A stretch of 64,000 nucleotides of DNA from Candidatus Zixiibacteriota bacterium (lineage in GTDB: Bacteria > Zixibacteria > MSB-5A5 > UBA10806 > 4484-95): contig JBBIRK010000004.1 of the NCBI GenBank assembly GCA_037441845.1, positions 223,074 to 287,073 of the forward strand, written 5' to 3'. Made by a program: the position numbers and the translations under genes. The first letter of the stretch is position 1. The number at the start of each line of letters is the position of its first letter. This document shows, in pieces, positions 1-9,440 of this stretch. The notes under the pieces were generated by a model, which saw only the letters and a program-made list of their open reading frames with translations, did not search any database and was not told where the DNA came from.

Positions 1-202
1 GTTCTCGCTGTCCCTGGCCGTCGACATAGCCAGGCAAAAGCTTGCCTATGTATATCCCGGGAATTATATTGCCGAGGCGGATACGAAATGCCCGGGTTGC
101 GGCACGGTGATTATTGCCCGCCAGGGGTACTTCATCGAATTCCCCCTGGGCAAACCTGACAAGTGCCCGGGATGCGGCCGTAAGGTCGATATTGTTTGGT
201 GA
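1..202 (+). CDS. amrS: AmmeMemoRadiSam system radical SAM enzyme, C-terminal fragment (partial)
   Basis: Frame 2 reads ...KLAYVYPGNYIAEADTKCPGCGTVIIARQGY...KCPGCGRKVDIVW*. The YVYxGN...TxCPxCG...RxGY...CPxCG tail is typical of AmrS. Confidence 0.75.
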   Translation, partial: FSLSLAVDIARQKLAYVYPGNYIAEADTKCPGCGTVIIARQGYFIEFPLGKPDKCPGCGRKVDIVW

Positions 203-223
203 AATGCAGAAAGAGGTGCGTCG

Positions 224-1420
224 GTGGCAGGATTGAAAATCTCATGCCGAGGTGAAAGTGTGCCAGCTTCCCCGATCAGAAAACTGATTCCGTACGCGGA
301 AGATGCCAAGAAACGCGGCATTCATGTTTATCATTTGAATATCGGTCAGCCCGATATTGAAACTCCCGCGGAATTCTGGCAGGCGGTAAGGGAGTATTCG
401 AAACGAGTTCTCGCCTATGGCAATTCGCAGGGGATGACTGATTATCTCGAAGCGCTGTCCGGGTATTACCGAGGAATTGGACTGCCTGTGGATCCTCAGG
501 ATATCATTGTCACCACCGGCGGCTCGGAGGCGATAATTTTCGCTTTCAGCATAATTTGCGATCCGGGTGATGAAATCATCGTTTTCGAACCCTTTTACAC
601 CAATTACAATGGATTCGCCGCTCAGGCGGGAATAAAGCTGCGTCCGATAACCACGACCGCGGAAATCGGTTACCGCTTACCGCCCAAAAAAGAAATTATC
701 GCCAGGATTACGCCGAAAACCAAAGGCATCCTATACTGCAATCCTAATAACCCCACTGGCACGGTTTATACCGCCGCCGAACTCGAAATGTTAAGTGAAT
801 TGGTCATCGAAAACGATCTGTTTCTGCTTGCCGATGAAGTCTACCGGGAGTTTATCTATGAAGGCGCCCATTTGAGCGTTATGAAGCTGGGGAAAATATC
901 CGATCGAGCGATAATGCTGGATTCGATCAGCAAGCGTTTTTCCGCCTGCGGAGCCAGAATCGGCAATTTGGTGACCAAGAATCGCGATATTTATCGGGCG
1001 GCGCTTCACCTGGGACAGGCCCGTCTATGCCCTCCTACGCTGGAACAGGCGGGGGCGGCGGCGCTTTACTCGCTGGGGACGGCTTATTTCGAGAAAACGA
1101 TGCGGGAATATCGACGGCGCCGCGACGTGGTTTACGAAAGCTTGCAGAGTATCGACGGCGCAGTCTGCCTTAAGCCCAACGGCGCATTCTATACGATGGC
1201 CAAGCTCCCGATTGACGATGCCGAAAAATTCGCCCAATTCATGCTGACCGCATTCAACTATCGTAATAAAACGGTCATGGTCGCTCCGGGATCCGGTTTT
1301 TACGCCTCGCCGGACAAGGGCAAAGACGAGTGCCGTATCGCCTACGTTTTGAACACCGAAGATCTCAAAGACGCCATGGATATTCTTAAACGGGGAATCG
1401 AGGCATACCGGTCAAGATGA
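224..1420 (+). CDS. PLP-dependent aminotransferase class I/II (aspartate aminotransferase-like)
   Basis: Motifs HLNIGQPD, CNPNNPTG, ADEVYREF, DSISKRFSACGARIG (PLP lysine). Confidence 0.92.
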   Translation: MAGLKISCRGESVPASPIRKLIPYAEDAKKRGIHVYHLNIGQPDIETPAEFWQAVREYSKRVLAYGNSQGMTDYLEALSGYYRGIGLPVDPQDIIVTTGGSEAIIFAFSIICDPGDEIIVFEPFYTNYNGFAAQAGIKLRPITTTAEIGYRLPPKKEIIARITPKTKGILYCNPNNPTGTVYTAAELEMLSELVIENDLFLLADEVYREFIYEGAHLSVMKLGKISDRAIMLDSISKRFSACGARIGNLVTKNRDIYRAALHLGQARLCPPTLEQAGAAALYSLGTAYFEKTMREYRRRRDVVYESLQSIDGAVCLKPNGAFYTMAKLPIDDAEKFAQFMLTAFNYRNKTVMVAPGSGFYASPDKGKDECRIAYVLNTEDLKDAMDILKRGIEAYRSR

Positions 1421-2382
1421 AGGTCAGGATCGGAATCGACCTTGGGGGGTCTTTTATCAAAGCCGGGGCGGTAACCCCTGATTTGAAAATAGTTCATAAG
1501 CTGATCAAGCCCTGCAACGCCGCATCGGGGCCGGCGGCCGTAAAACGGAATCTGGTCGCGATTTGGCACAAAATAAGCGAGCATTGTCTGACTAATGGCT
1601 TTGTGCCACAATCCCTCGGTATAGGCAGTCCCGGCACGATAGCGCAGCCCACAGGTATTGTCACCGACGCTTCACCCAACATCAAGGGGTGGAGTGGTGT
1701 CTGCCTGACGAAAATTTTCGGCAAAATCGATATTCCAGTCTATGCCGACAACGATGCGAATTGCGCCGCTTTGGCTGAGTATATCTGCGGACTCGGACGA
1801 AGATATCATGACATTATTTTCATGACCATCGGCACCGGAATCGGCGGAGGTTTGATCCTCGATGGCAGGCTCATACGCGGCTCGAGTTTTTCGGCAGGTG
1901 AAATCGGACACACTGTGCTTCGGCTCAATGGTAGGCGTTGTAAATGCGGTCGGAAAGGTTGCCTTGAGGCCTATGCCAGTGTGCCGAATATGATTGATGA
2001 GGCGAAAGCCGATTTTCGGCGGCTCAAGTTACGGCCGCCGGAGACATTGACCGCTGAATCCTTATTCGCGGCTTTTAAGCAGGGAAATCGCGCCGCCGCA
2101 ATGACTATTCGGCGCAACGTGGATTATATCGGCAACGGCCTGGCGTCGATCGTGAATTTGTTAAATCCTCAGGCGGTGATTATAGGAGGAGGTTTTTCTC
2201 ATGCCGGCGGCGAATATATTGAAATGATTGCCGATGTTATCAAGAAAAGAGCATTTTTTGCGGCTGCCCGCAATCTTAAAGTAATGCGGGCCCGTCTCGG
2301 CAACGATGCCGGTTTTATAGGCGCATCATTGCTATACCGCGTGCAGCAGGACGGTTCGATAAATGTCCTTAAAAAGCGATAG
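1417..2382 (+). CDS. ROK family sugar kinase (glucokinase-like)
   Basis: IGIDLGGS, DNDANCAALAE, GTGIGGG, GEIGH and the Zn motif CKCGRKGCLE; no N-terminal HTH. Confidence 0.92.
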   Translation: MKVRIGIDLGGSFIKAGAVTPDLKIVHKLIKPCNAASGPAAVKRNLVAIWHKISEHCLTNGFVPQSLGIGSPGTIAQPTGIVTDASPNIKGWSGVCLTKIFGKIDIPVYADNDANCAALAEYICGLGRRYHDIIFMTIGTGIGGGLILDGRLIRGSSFSAGEIGHTVLRLNGRRCKCGRKGCLEAYASVPNMIDEAKADFRRLKLRPPETLTAESLFAAFKQGNRAAAMTIRRNVDYIGNGLASIVNLLNPQAVIIGGGFSHAGGEYIEMIADVIKKRAFFAAARNLKVMRARLGNDAGFIGASLLYRVQQDGSINVLKKR

Positions 2383-2554
2383 GAAGAAACGTGAATTCGT
2401 GGGGGTGATATTCCAATGCTGCAGGGTTTATTCGCGCATTTATCTGGATAAAAACAAAAAATCGTTCACGGGACATTGTCCACGTTGTGGGGCGAAATTG
2501 AATATCATGATCTCCGATCGCGGATCCGAATCTAAATTCTTTGTGGCGTCATGA
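2363..2554 (+). CDS. small putative zinc-ribbon protein of unknown function
   Basis: 63 aa with FQCCRVYSRIY...GHCPRCG; overlaps the ROK stop, consistent with translational coupling. Confidence 0.7.
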   Translation: MSLKSDRKKREFVGVIFQCCRVYSRIYLDKNKKSFTGHCPRCGAKLNIMISDRGSESKFFVAS

Positions 2555-2563
2555 CGAATTTTA

Positions 2564-2592
2564 TTGCCTTGAAGCTAATACATGATTAAATT
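2564..2592 (+). promoter_or_regulatory. putative sigma70-type promoter for the archaemetzincin gene
   Basis: TTGCCT-N17-TAAATT. Confidence 0.5.
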
Positions 2593-2653
2593 TTCAAAAA
2601 CCGCAAATGCTGAATTGAGGGAGAAACGGCACCTGAATTTCAGGTGAATTAAT

Positions 2654-3199
2654 ATGCACGAAAGACTTTATGTAGTTCCTCTTGACGAAAGTTCAAGAAA
2701 ATACGCCGATTGGCTGTCCGGGGAGTTGTGCCGCAAGTTCACGCTCAAACCTCAATCGGGGATAGTGGCAAGACTACCTGAAGAGGCATATAACGCTCAG
2801 CATAATCAGTATTACGCAACCGCGGTATTGAGTAAACTCGAAATGCTGAAAGGATCCGACTACGAAATGATCCTTGCCGTAACCGAGGAAGATTTATTCG
2901 TGCCTAATAAAAATTTCGTCTGGGGCCAATCTAATTCTATCAGCCGCACCGCGATCGTGAGCATTAACCGAATCAGGCCCGAATATTATGGACTTCCCGA
3001 GGACGACGATCTCGTGCGAACGCGCTTACTTAACATCTCCTCTCATGAAATAGGGCATCTTCTTGGTCTTAAAAACTGCTCGAATCAGGACTGCCAAATG
3101 AACTTGGCCGAAACCATAACCGAGCTCGATAACCGCTCTTTTACTTTCTGCACCGAGTGCGTTCTTAACCTGACCTTGCCATCGAAAGTGAAAATCTAA
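2654..3199 (+). CDS. archaemetzincin family (M54) Zn-metalloprotease-like protein
   Basis: QYYATAVL, DLFVPNKNFVWG, HEIGHLLGLKNCSNQDCQM and FCTEC Cys4 site. Confidence 0.85.
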   Translation: MHERLYVVPLDESSRKYADWLSGELCRKFTLKPQSGIVARLPEEAYNAQHNQYYATAVLSKLEMLKGSDYEMILAVTEEDLFVPNKNFVWGQSNSISRTAIVSINRIRPEYYGLPEDDDLVRTRLLNISSHEIGHLLGLKNCSNQDCQMNLAETITELDNRSFTFCTECVLNLTLPSKVKI

Positions 3200-3364
3200 T
3201 CACCCTGCGCAACTCTGTTCGGTTGCCGGTGAATTATTCATCAAATCGTATCCGCATCCTTTCCTAATGAATATCAACATAATTGTCCCTGTTGGCATCG
3301 GCTCCGGCGATCTTGTATGTTTTTTCTTGCATCTAATTTTCGATGGTGTTATTAATTGCGCCTG

Positions 3365-6300
3365 ATGGAAATCAACGAAAAGCGATATCTGGGCATCGAT
3401 ATCGGATCGATCTCCATAGCCGCTGCGGCGATCGATCGCGATAAAAACATTATCGATTTGAAGTATATCAGGCATCAGGGTATCCCCGATATGTTTTTGC
3501 GCGATTTGATATCGGAAATGTCCGCCGACCGACCGACCGTAATTCGTTTCACGGGTACCGGTGGGGAACATGCGGCGGAAATTTTCGGGGCAACCAGCGT
3601 AAACGAGATAATCGCCGCTTCCGCCGGATTCGTTGCGTTCGGTCCACCGCTCGAATCGATTATTGAAATGGGTGGGCAGGGGTCCAAATATTATTTGATC
3701 AGCGAAGGCCGGCTTGTCGATTTTTCGACCAGCGGCTTATGCGCTGCGGGAACCGGCTCATTTCTGGACCAGCAAGCGGCTCGTTTGAACATCAAAATAG
3801 AAAACGAATTCGGCGAACTCGCTCTCCGCTCGGAAAATCCGCCTCATATCGCGGGTAGATGCTCCGTATTCGCCAAATCGGACATGATTCATCATCAGCA
3901 GATCGGCACTCCTGATTACGATATTCTTGCGGGGCTTTGTCACGCGGTGGCTCGAAACTATAAAAGCACCATTTTAGGCAAAAGAATCTTGAAAAGGCCG
4001 GTGGCCTTCATCGGCGGTGTCGCTTTGAACGCGGGCGTGGTCAAGGCGTTTCGCTGCGAGCTCGGCTTGAGGATCGATGATTTCATAGTCCCGGAATATC
4101 CTCTGCATTATACGGCGTTGGGGGCCGCTTTGAAAGCCCTTGAGGAAGGTGCTGCGGAGCACCGACCGATCATACTTAATTTCAGTGACGGGAAAACCAT
4201 ATCGTCGAAGGGCGAACCACCGCTGCAATTCGACAAGCCGACCACGAAACATTATGCGGTTACATCGGCGGGCGGCAAAATAACTTCCGAAAAAGGATAT
4301 CTCGGAATCGACATCGGTTCGTTATCCACTAACATAGTCGTTATCGATTCTGCGGGCAATGTGATGGCTCGCCGGTATCTGATGACCGAGGGTAGGCCGA
4401 TTAAAACGGTGCAAAAAGGGCTGAAAGAGATAGCCGCCGAACTTGATGGAAAAGTGGAAATCGTCGGCGTAGGCACCACCGGATCGGGCAGATACCTTAT
4501 CGGCGAAATCGTAGGGGCCGATATAGTCCGCAATGAGATAACCGCCCAGGCGACCGCCGCAGTGTTTTTCGAACCCGAAGTCGATACCATTTTCGAAATC
4601 GGCGGGCAGGATTCCAAATACATAAGCGTCGAAAACGGCGTGGTCGTCGATTTTGAGATGAACAAAGCGTGCGCCGCCGGAACCGGCTCATTTCTTCAAG
4701 AACAGGCCGAGCGGTTGAGCATTTCTATCGAAAACGATTTCGGCGAGCTTGCCTTGAAGTCCTGTAATCCGGTCGGCTGCGGCGAAAGATGCACCGTGTT
4801 CATCGAATCGGACATCATCAGCCGGCAGCAGCAAGGGGCGCCCAGAGAAGACCTGGTTGCCGGCCTGGCGTATTCTATAGTGCGGAATTATTTGAATAAG
4901 GTGGTGGGAAGGCGGCGCATCGGCGACAAAATCCTGTTCCAGGGCGGGGTGGCCTGGAACAAGGGAGTGGTCGCCGCATTCGAAAACGTTACGGGCAAAG
5001 AGATCATCGTCCCGCCTCATCATGATGTAACCGGTGCGATCGGTGCGGCCATTCTGGCTGCCGAAAATGTGAAAGGTAAAACCAAATTCAAAGGATTCGG
5101 AGTCGCCGACGTAAATTTCATTCAGGAAAGTTTTATCTGCGATGATTGCGCCAACGTCTGCACCATACGCCGCATAACCGGCGACGGCGATCGCGAGTTG
5201 TATTACGGCTCCCGCTGCGAAAAATACGATGCGCGTAAAGCCGGTGATTCGAAGAAGTCGACCGTAAATCCGGTCGAATGGCGCAACAATCAGCTTTTCC
5301 GATACGGCCGAAAGCCCGGAACCAGGGAGCGGATCGGTTTGCCGCGGCTTTTGAGCAACTGGACCTTATGGCCGTTCTGGAGCACGTTTTTCAACGAACT
5401 CGGCTTCAGAGTCGTGCCATCATCCAAAACCAACCAGACCATTATCCGAAAAGGCGCCGAGGTGGTGGGATCGGAAACATGTTTCCCGGTAAAAGTCGCC
5501 CATGGCCATATATTGAATCTTCTCGAGAAGAATGTCGATCATATCTTTTTACCGTCGATTATAAATATGCCGAAATTGGATGAGGAGCAAAGCGAAAGTT
5601 ACCTTTGCCCTTATGTCCAATCGATTCCATATTTGGCCGGCGCGGTTCTCGGAGAAAAAGCGGAATATAAAAAAGTTATCTCGCCGACCATTTATTTCGG
5701 CTATGGCCGGCCTCTCTTGGAAAAGCAGGTTATCGATGCAGCGCGCAGTCTGAATTGCAGTGCCGAAATCGCCCGAAAAGCGCTCGAAAGCGCAGAACGG
5801 GCTCAAGCCGAATTCGCTACAATTCTCCTCGAGCAAGGCAAAAAAATACTTGCCGAGGACAACCGCATAAAACTTGTGCTCGTGGGGAGACCCTATAATA
5901 CGTGCGATCCCGGCCTCAATCTCGACCTGGCGCGAAAGATAACGGATCTCAATGCGGTATGTCTTCCGCTCGATATGGTGCCGGTGGAAAATTCTCCGGT
6001 CGATGAAACCTACTGGCACTTCGGCAAAATAATAATCAGGCTTGGACGACTCATAGCCGCAAGAGACGATCTTTATGCCGTTTATATAACCAATTTCGGC
6101 TGCGGGCCGGATTCTTTCGTAACTCACGAGTTCAACGAAACAATGGGCGGAAAACCCTATCTGCAGCTCGAACTCGATGAACATTCGGCCGATGCCGGCT
6201 TGATCACCAGAATCGAAGCTTTTCTCGACAGCGTTAAAGGCAGAAAAAAAATCCGCAAAACGAGAATAGAAGTCCCCGCTACGATCACCATCAGATTCGA

Positions 6301-7486
6301 CAGGAAAGTATACATCCCTCGAATGTCCGATCAAGCTATCCTTTTTGAAGCCGCGCTCAAGCGATGCGGTGTCGATGCCGAAACTCTACCCGAATCCGAT
6401 GATGAAACCCTTCAGCTCGGCAGAAGATATACCTCAGGCAAAGAATGTTTTCCCGCGGTGGTGACGACCGGAGATTTAGTGAAGCTCGTGCAATCGAGCG
6501 GATTTGATCCCGAGAGGTCCGCCTTCTTTATGCCCTCGGCCGGCGGGCCGTGTCGTTTCGGTCAATATCATCGCCTTCATAGGCGGCTGCTGGCTAATCT
6601 TGGCTATGCCGGCGTGCCGATCTACTCCCCGCATTCGGCTAATTCGTATAACGATTTTCCGGGAGCCAAAGAAGGTTTTCGCAAGATAGCCTGGAGAGGA
6701 TTCATTTTCGGCGATTATCTTTTCAAAATATACCTGTCGGCCAGGGCGCGCGTAAAAGATAAAAGCATACCCGAAAAAATCTTTCGTGAGGGATTCAAGC
6801 TCGGTTGCCAGGATATCGTCTATGGCGCCAATCATCTCGATGAGATTCTCCGGGAATATTCAATCATGCTCAGCCGGGTCGACGATGGAATCAGACCAAA
6901 AGTGAAGATCGGTGTGGTCGGCGAAATCTATATCCGAAACAACCGTTTTTCCAATAACAACCTGATCGAAAAACTCGAGCGATACGGTGCTGAAGTTTTT
7001 ATAGCGTCGTTTATCGAATGGATAGACTACACGACCTATATGTATAAGTTTCATAGCTCGATCAAGGGTAAACACGTCGATTACGTAAAAGCCTGTCTGA
7101 AAGATTATTTCCAAACCCGGGAAAAAAACAAAATAGGCGGACTCGTCGAGCATATGTTGGACGGCAACAAGGAACGGCCGGTGAGACATGCTATCGATAG
7201 CGCCCGGAAGTATTTGAGTACATCTATCGGGGGAGAGGCCGTTCTTTCCATCGGGAAGGCGATAGAATTCGTCGAGGGTGGCTGCGGCGGAATAGTGAAT
7301 TGCATGCCTTTCACCTGTATGCCGGGTAATATCACGCAGGCCATTTCCTCCCGAGTGAGTGCGGATCTCGGAAACGTGCCGTGGCTCAATATCGCCTATG
7401 AGGGACCGGGAGATCCTACGGAAGACCTGAAAATCGAAGCTTTCGTCAGTCAGGCCGCCGACTGGCTGAAAAGATCCAGAAAATAA
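3365..7486 (+). CDS. CoA-substrate-specific enzyme activase / 2-hydroxyacyl-CoA dehydratase activator fusion (two BcrAD/BadFG ATPase domains plus DUF2229-type region)
   Basis: Two GIDIGS...E(M/I)GGQ(G/D)SK...CAAGTGSFL...RC(S/T)VF domains, then CDDCANVC, ETCFPVK, FGCGPDS, ELDEHS, GKECFP, PFTCMP. Confidence 0.9.
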   Translation: MEINEKRYLGIDIGSISIAAAAIDRDKNIIDLKYIRHQGIPDMFLRDLISEMSADRPTVIRFTGTGGEHAAEIFGATSVNEIIAASAGFVAFGPPLESIIEMGGQGSKYYLISEGRLVDFSTSGLCAAGTGSFLDQQAARLNIKIENEFGELALRSENPPHIAGRCSVFAKSDMIHHQQIGTPDYDILAGLCHAVARNYKSTILGKRILKRPVAFIGGVALNAGVVKAFRCELGLRIDDFIVPEYPLHYTALGAALKALEEGAAEHRPIILNFSDGKTISSKGEPPLQFDKPTTKHYAVTSAGGKITSEKGYLGIDIGSLSTNIVVIDSAGNVMARRYLMTEGRPIKTVQKGLKEIAAELDGKVEIVGVGTTGSGRYLIGEIVGADIVRNEITAQATAAVFFEPEVDTIFEIGGQDSKYISVENGVVVDFEMNKACAAGTGSFLQEQAERLSISIENDFGELALKSCNPVGCGERCTVFIESDIISRQQQGAPREDLVAGLAYSIVRNYLNKVVGRRRIGDKILFQGGVAWNKGVVAAFENVTGKEIIVPPHHDVTGAIGAAILAAENVKGKTKFKGFGVADVNFIQESFICDDCANVCTIRRITGDGDRELYYGSRCEKYDARKAGDSKKSTVNPVEWRNNQLFRYGRKPGTRERIGLPRLLSNWTLWPFWSTFFNELGFRVVPSSKTNQTIIRKGAEVVGSETCFPVKVAHGHILNLLEKNVDHIFLPSIINMPKLDEEQSESYLCPYVQSIPYLAGAVLGEKAEYKKVISPTIYFGYGRPLLEKQVIDAARSLNCSAEIARKALESAERAQAEFATILLEQGKKILAEDNRIKLVLVGRPYNTCDPGLNLDLARKITDLNAVCLPLDMVPVENSPVDETYWHFGKIIIRLGRLIAARDDLYAVYITNFGCGPDSFVTHEFNETMGGKPYLQLELDEHSADAGLITRIEAFLDSVKGRKKIRKTRIEVPATITIRFDRKVYIPRMSDQAILFEAALKRCGVDAETLPESDDETLQLGRRYTSGKECFPAVVTTGDLVKLVQSSGFDPERSAFFMPSAGGPCRFGQYHRLHRRLLANLGYAGVPIYSPHSANSYNDFPGAKEGFRKIAWRGFIFGDYLFKIYLSARARVKDKSIPEKIFREGFKLGCQDIVYGANHLDEILREYSIMLSRVDDGIRPKVKIGVVGEIYIRNNRFSNNNLIEKLERYGAEVFIASFIEWIDYTTYMYKFHSSIKGKHVDYVKACLKDYFQTREKNKIGGLVEHMLDGNKERPVRHAIDSARKYLSTSIGGEAVLSIGKAIEFVEGGCGGIVNCMPFTCMPGNITQAISSRVSADLGNVPWLNIAYEGPGDPTEDLKIEAFVSQAADWLKRSRK

Positions 7487-7626
7487 AGCTCGTTTTTTAT
7501 CTGTGAAATGTTTGTGCATTTTCATAATCCATTATCCAACAGCGAAATCCGTGATGATCTGTTCGAAAAATTAAAGCCGAATTGCTTATTCGAATTGTAT
7601 TTTTTCCGCAAGCGTAATAATATTTT

Positions 7627-7652
7627 GGAATAATTCGAGCTAGGGAAGCGTA
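7627..7652 (+). promoter_or_regulatory. putative ECF-type autoregulatory promoter
   Basis: GGAATA-N16-CGTA immediately upstream of the ECF sigma gene; resembles known ECF -35 GGAA(C/T) and -10 CGT elements. Confidence 0.5.
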
Positions 7653-7657
7653 TCCCA

Positions 7658-8242
7658 TTGGATAAGAAGCCGGAAGAACTGGAGGAAGCCAAGGCCGAGA
7701 CGGCCGATGAGGAACTTATGGCGCAGATTGCAGCCGGTGATAAGCAGTCCTTCTCGGTTCTAATGATGCGCTACAGGCGAAAAGCTATCAGCCTGGCCCA
7801 TCGTTATGTCGGTGATTTCGATGAGGCTGAAGATATCGCGCAAGACAGTTTCGTTAAGGTTTATCAGAACGCCGGTCATTTTGATCGAAATAAACGTTTT
7901 TCAGCCTGGTTCTACACGATCCTCATAAATTCGTGCCGCGATAGAATTCGCCATGCGAAACGAAGATCCGATTTCTCGAGGCTCTATGAACAAAATAAAA
8001 AGCTTGAACCGGCAAACGATACGGAAAAACATTCGACAAATGCCGAGATGCTTCGCATAGCCATGAGTAAGTTGCCCCCTGATAAGAGGGAAATACTTTC
8101 TTTGCGATTGGCCGACGACCTGAGTTACGAGGAGATATCCGAAATTTTGAAAATAAGTACAGGCACGGTGATGTCGAGACTGTTTCGAGCCAAGAAGGAA
8201 CTGGAAAAAATCCTTATTAATATGGGGGCGTTAAAAAAATGA
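7658..8242 (+). CDS. ECF (sigma-70 group 4) RNA polymerase sigma factor
   Basis: DEELM..., region 2 EAEDIAQDSFVKVY...FSAWFYTILINSCRD, region 4 LSYEEISEILKISTGTVMSRLFRAK. Confidence 0.95.
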   Translation: MDKKPEELEEAKAETADEELMAQIAAGDKQSFSVLMMRYRRKAISLAHRYVGDFDEAEDIAQDSFVKVYQNAGHFDRNKRFSAWFYTILINSCRDRIRHAKRRSDFSRLYEQNKKLEPANDTEKHSTNAEMLRIAMSKLPPDKREILSLRLADDLSYEEISEILKISTGTVMSRLFRAKKELEKILINMGALKK

Positions 8243-9177
8243 ATTGCCGTGAATTTGAAATGGAACTCTGGAATGCGCCCCGAAATATATCATCGGACAT
8301 GCAAAACCACCTCGAAAGTTGCCCGGTCTGCAGGCGGACTCTCGATAATTACGGCAAATTGATAGGTCTCGCTCGATCCGCGGAATTCGCCGGAGACGAT
8401 GCTTACTGGGACAAGTTCGAAAGCGAAGTATGGAACAGAATCGATAGCGACATTAAACATGTGTCAAGATCATTTTCATCGACGCGCGAAATTAGCGTTG
8501 GATGGAAACAGGCTTTATTTACTTCGACGGCAGCGGCGGCGGCGGTGGTTTTTCTGATGCTGGCGGTAATTCAAACCGGAAAATTCGAATACTCTACAGT
8601 AAAGGACAACGACCAGCGAACTTACGAAGTAACCTTGAAAAAGGCAGCACCGATGGAGTTCCAGGTTTATTCGATTATTCCGGAACCTGTGGTTACGAAA
8701 ACAACGGATAACACGGAGGTCAAGATCGAAGCCGTCCTGCTGACAGACAGCGGTTTGGAGGATAAGGGTATTCAACCAATTCAGGAAACGCCGCTTAGAC
8801 AATTCGCAGGCGCAAGGCCATCCCGGCTGTCGTTGTCGATCGCTCGGTCTGCGCTTCAGGATTCCGCTCTGGAGGAGAAGGAAGAGCAGGTCGTATTGTT
8901 CGATAGAATGCCCCATGCCAAACGTCTGATAACGCCGGACTATCCATCCTTGGCCTTGAAGTTCAAGAAATCCGCGGAAGTTTGGGTAAAGGCATTGATC
9001 GATGAAAACGGTAAAGTTGCCAATGCCATTATCATTAAAGATTCCGAATCCAATTTTGGATTTGAGCAAGAGGCGTTGAAAGCGGCTTACAAGAATGAGT
9101 TTTCGCCATACGAAATCGGCGGCAGGCCGATGCCGATTTGGGTTGCTTATAAGGTCAAGTTTATCGCCCCCGAATGA
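8239..9177 (+). CDS. zinc-binding anti-sigma factor (ZAS/zf-HC2) with a TM helix and C-terminal TonB_C domain
   Basis: N-terminal MNC...HLESCPVC; hydrophobic AAAAAVVFLMLAVI; C-terminal PDYPSLA...VWVKALIDENGKV...FEQEALKAA...FSP...VKF. ATGA overlap with the sigma gene. Confidence 0.82.
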   Translation: MNCREFEMELWNAPRNISSDMQNHLESCPVCRRTLDNYGKLIGLARSAEFAGDDAYWDKFESEVWNRIDSDIKHVSRSFSSTREISVGWKQALFTSTAAAAAVVFLMLAVIQTGKFEYSTVKDNDQRTYEVTLKKAAPMEFQVYSIIPEPVVTKTTDNTEVKIEAVLLTDSGLEDKGIQPIQETPLRQFAGARPSRLSLSIARSALQDSALEEKEEQVVLFDRMPHAKRLITPDYPSLALKFKKSAEVWVKALIDENGKVANAIIIKDSESNFGFEQEALKAAYKNEFSPYEIGGRPMPIWVAYKVKFIAPE

Positions 9178-9249
9178 CAGTTCGGCCTATTCTATAAGTG
9201 TCTGTAAGTGGCTGAATTGCAGATCCTGATCGATGGGACCTCATGCTAC

Positions 9250-9283
9250 AAAAAAGCCCCCTGCCTTGATTTGAGCAGGGGGC
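9250..9283 (-). terminator. rho-independent terminator
   Basis: GCCCCCTGC/GCAGGGGGC stem followed by a T6 tract on the minus strand. Confidence 0.85.
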
Positions 9284-9440
9284 CGAAAGCTGTGAGCTGA
9301 CCATGATTATCCTCCGGAGGGGGGTAGAGGACAGATCATCGTGCTCACAGATAATTCTTCACGATTACATTAAGCCCTTTGCCTTGATGGCTACGCTTTT
9401 TTCTTGTTTTGTTTTCCTTTTATTGACACGACACTTGTTT
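9250..9440 (-). ncRNA. candidate small RNA (~190 nt) with a C-rich anti-SD loop
   Basis: Minus-strand TTGCCA-N17-TATCTT promoter (9474-9446), A-rich 5' part, long hairpin 9290-9350 and terminator; no ORF. Confidence 0.5.

Noticed and set aside
9361..9370. ACGATTACAT shared with 41281-41290
   Set aside because: A 10-mer match is expected by chance in 64 kb, and the flanks are unrelated.
9250..9440. 6S RNA
   Set aside because: The size fits, but the A-rich 5' half cannot pair with the 3' half to form the 6S rod.
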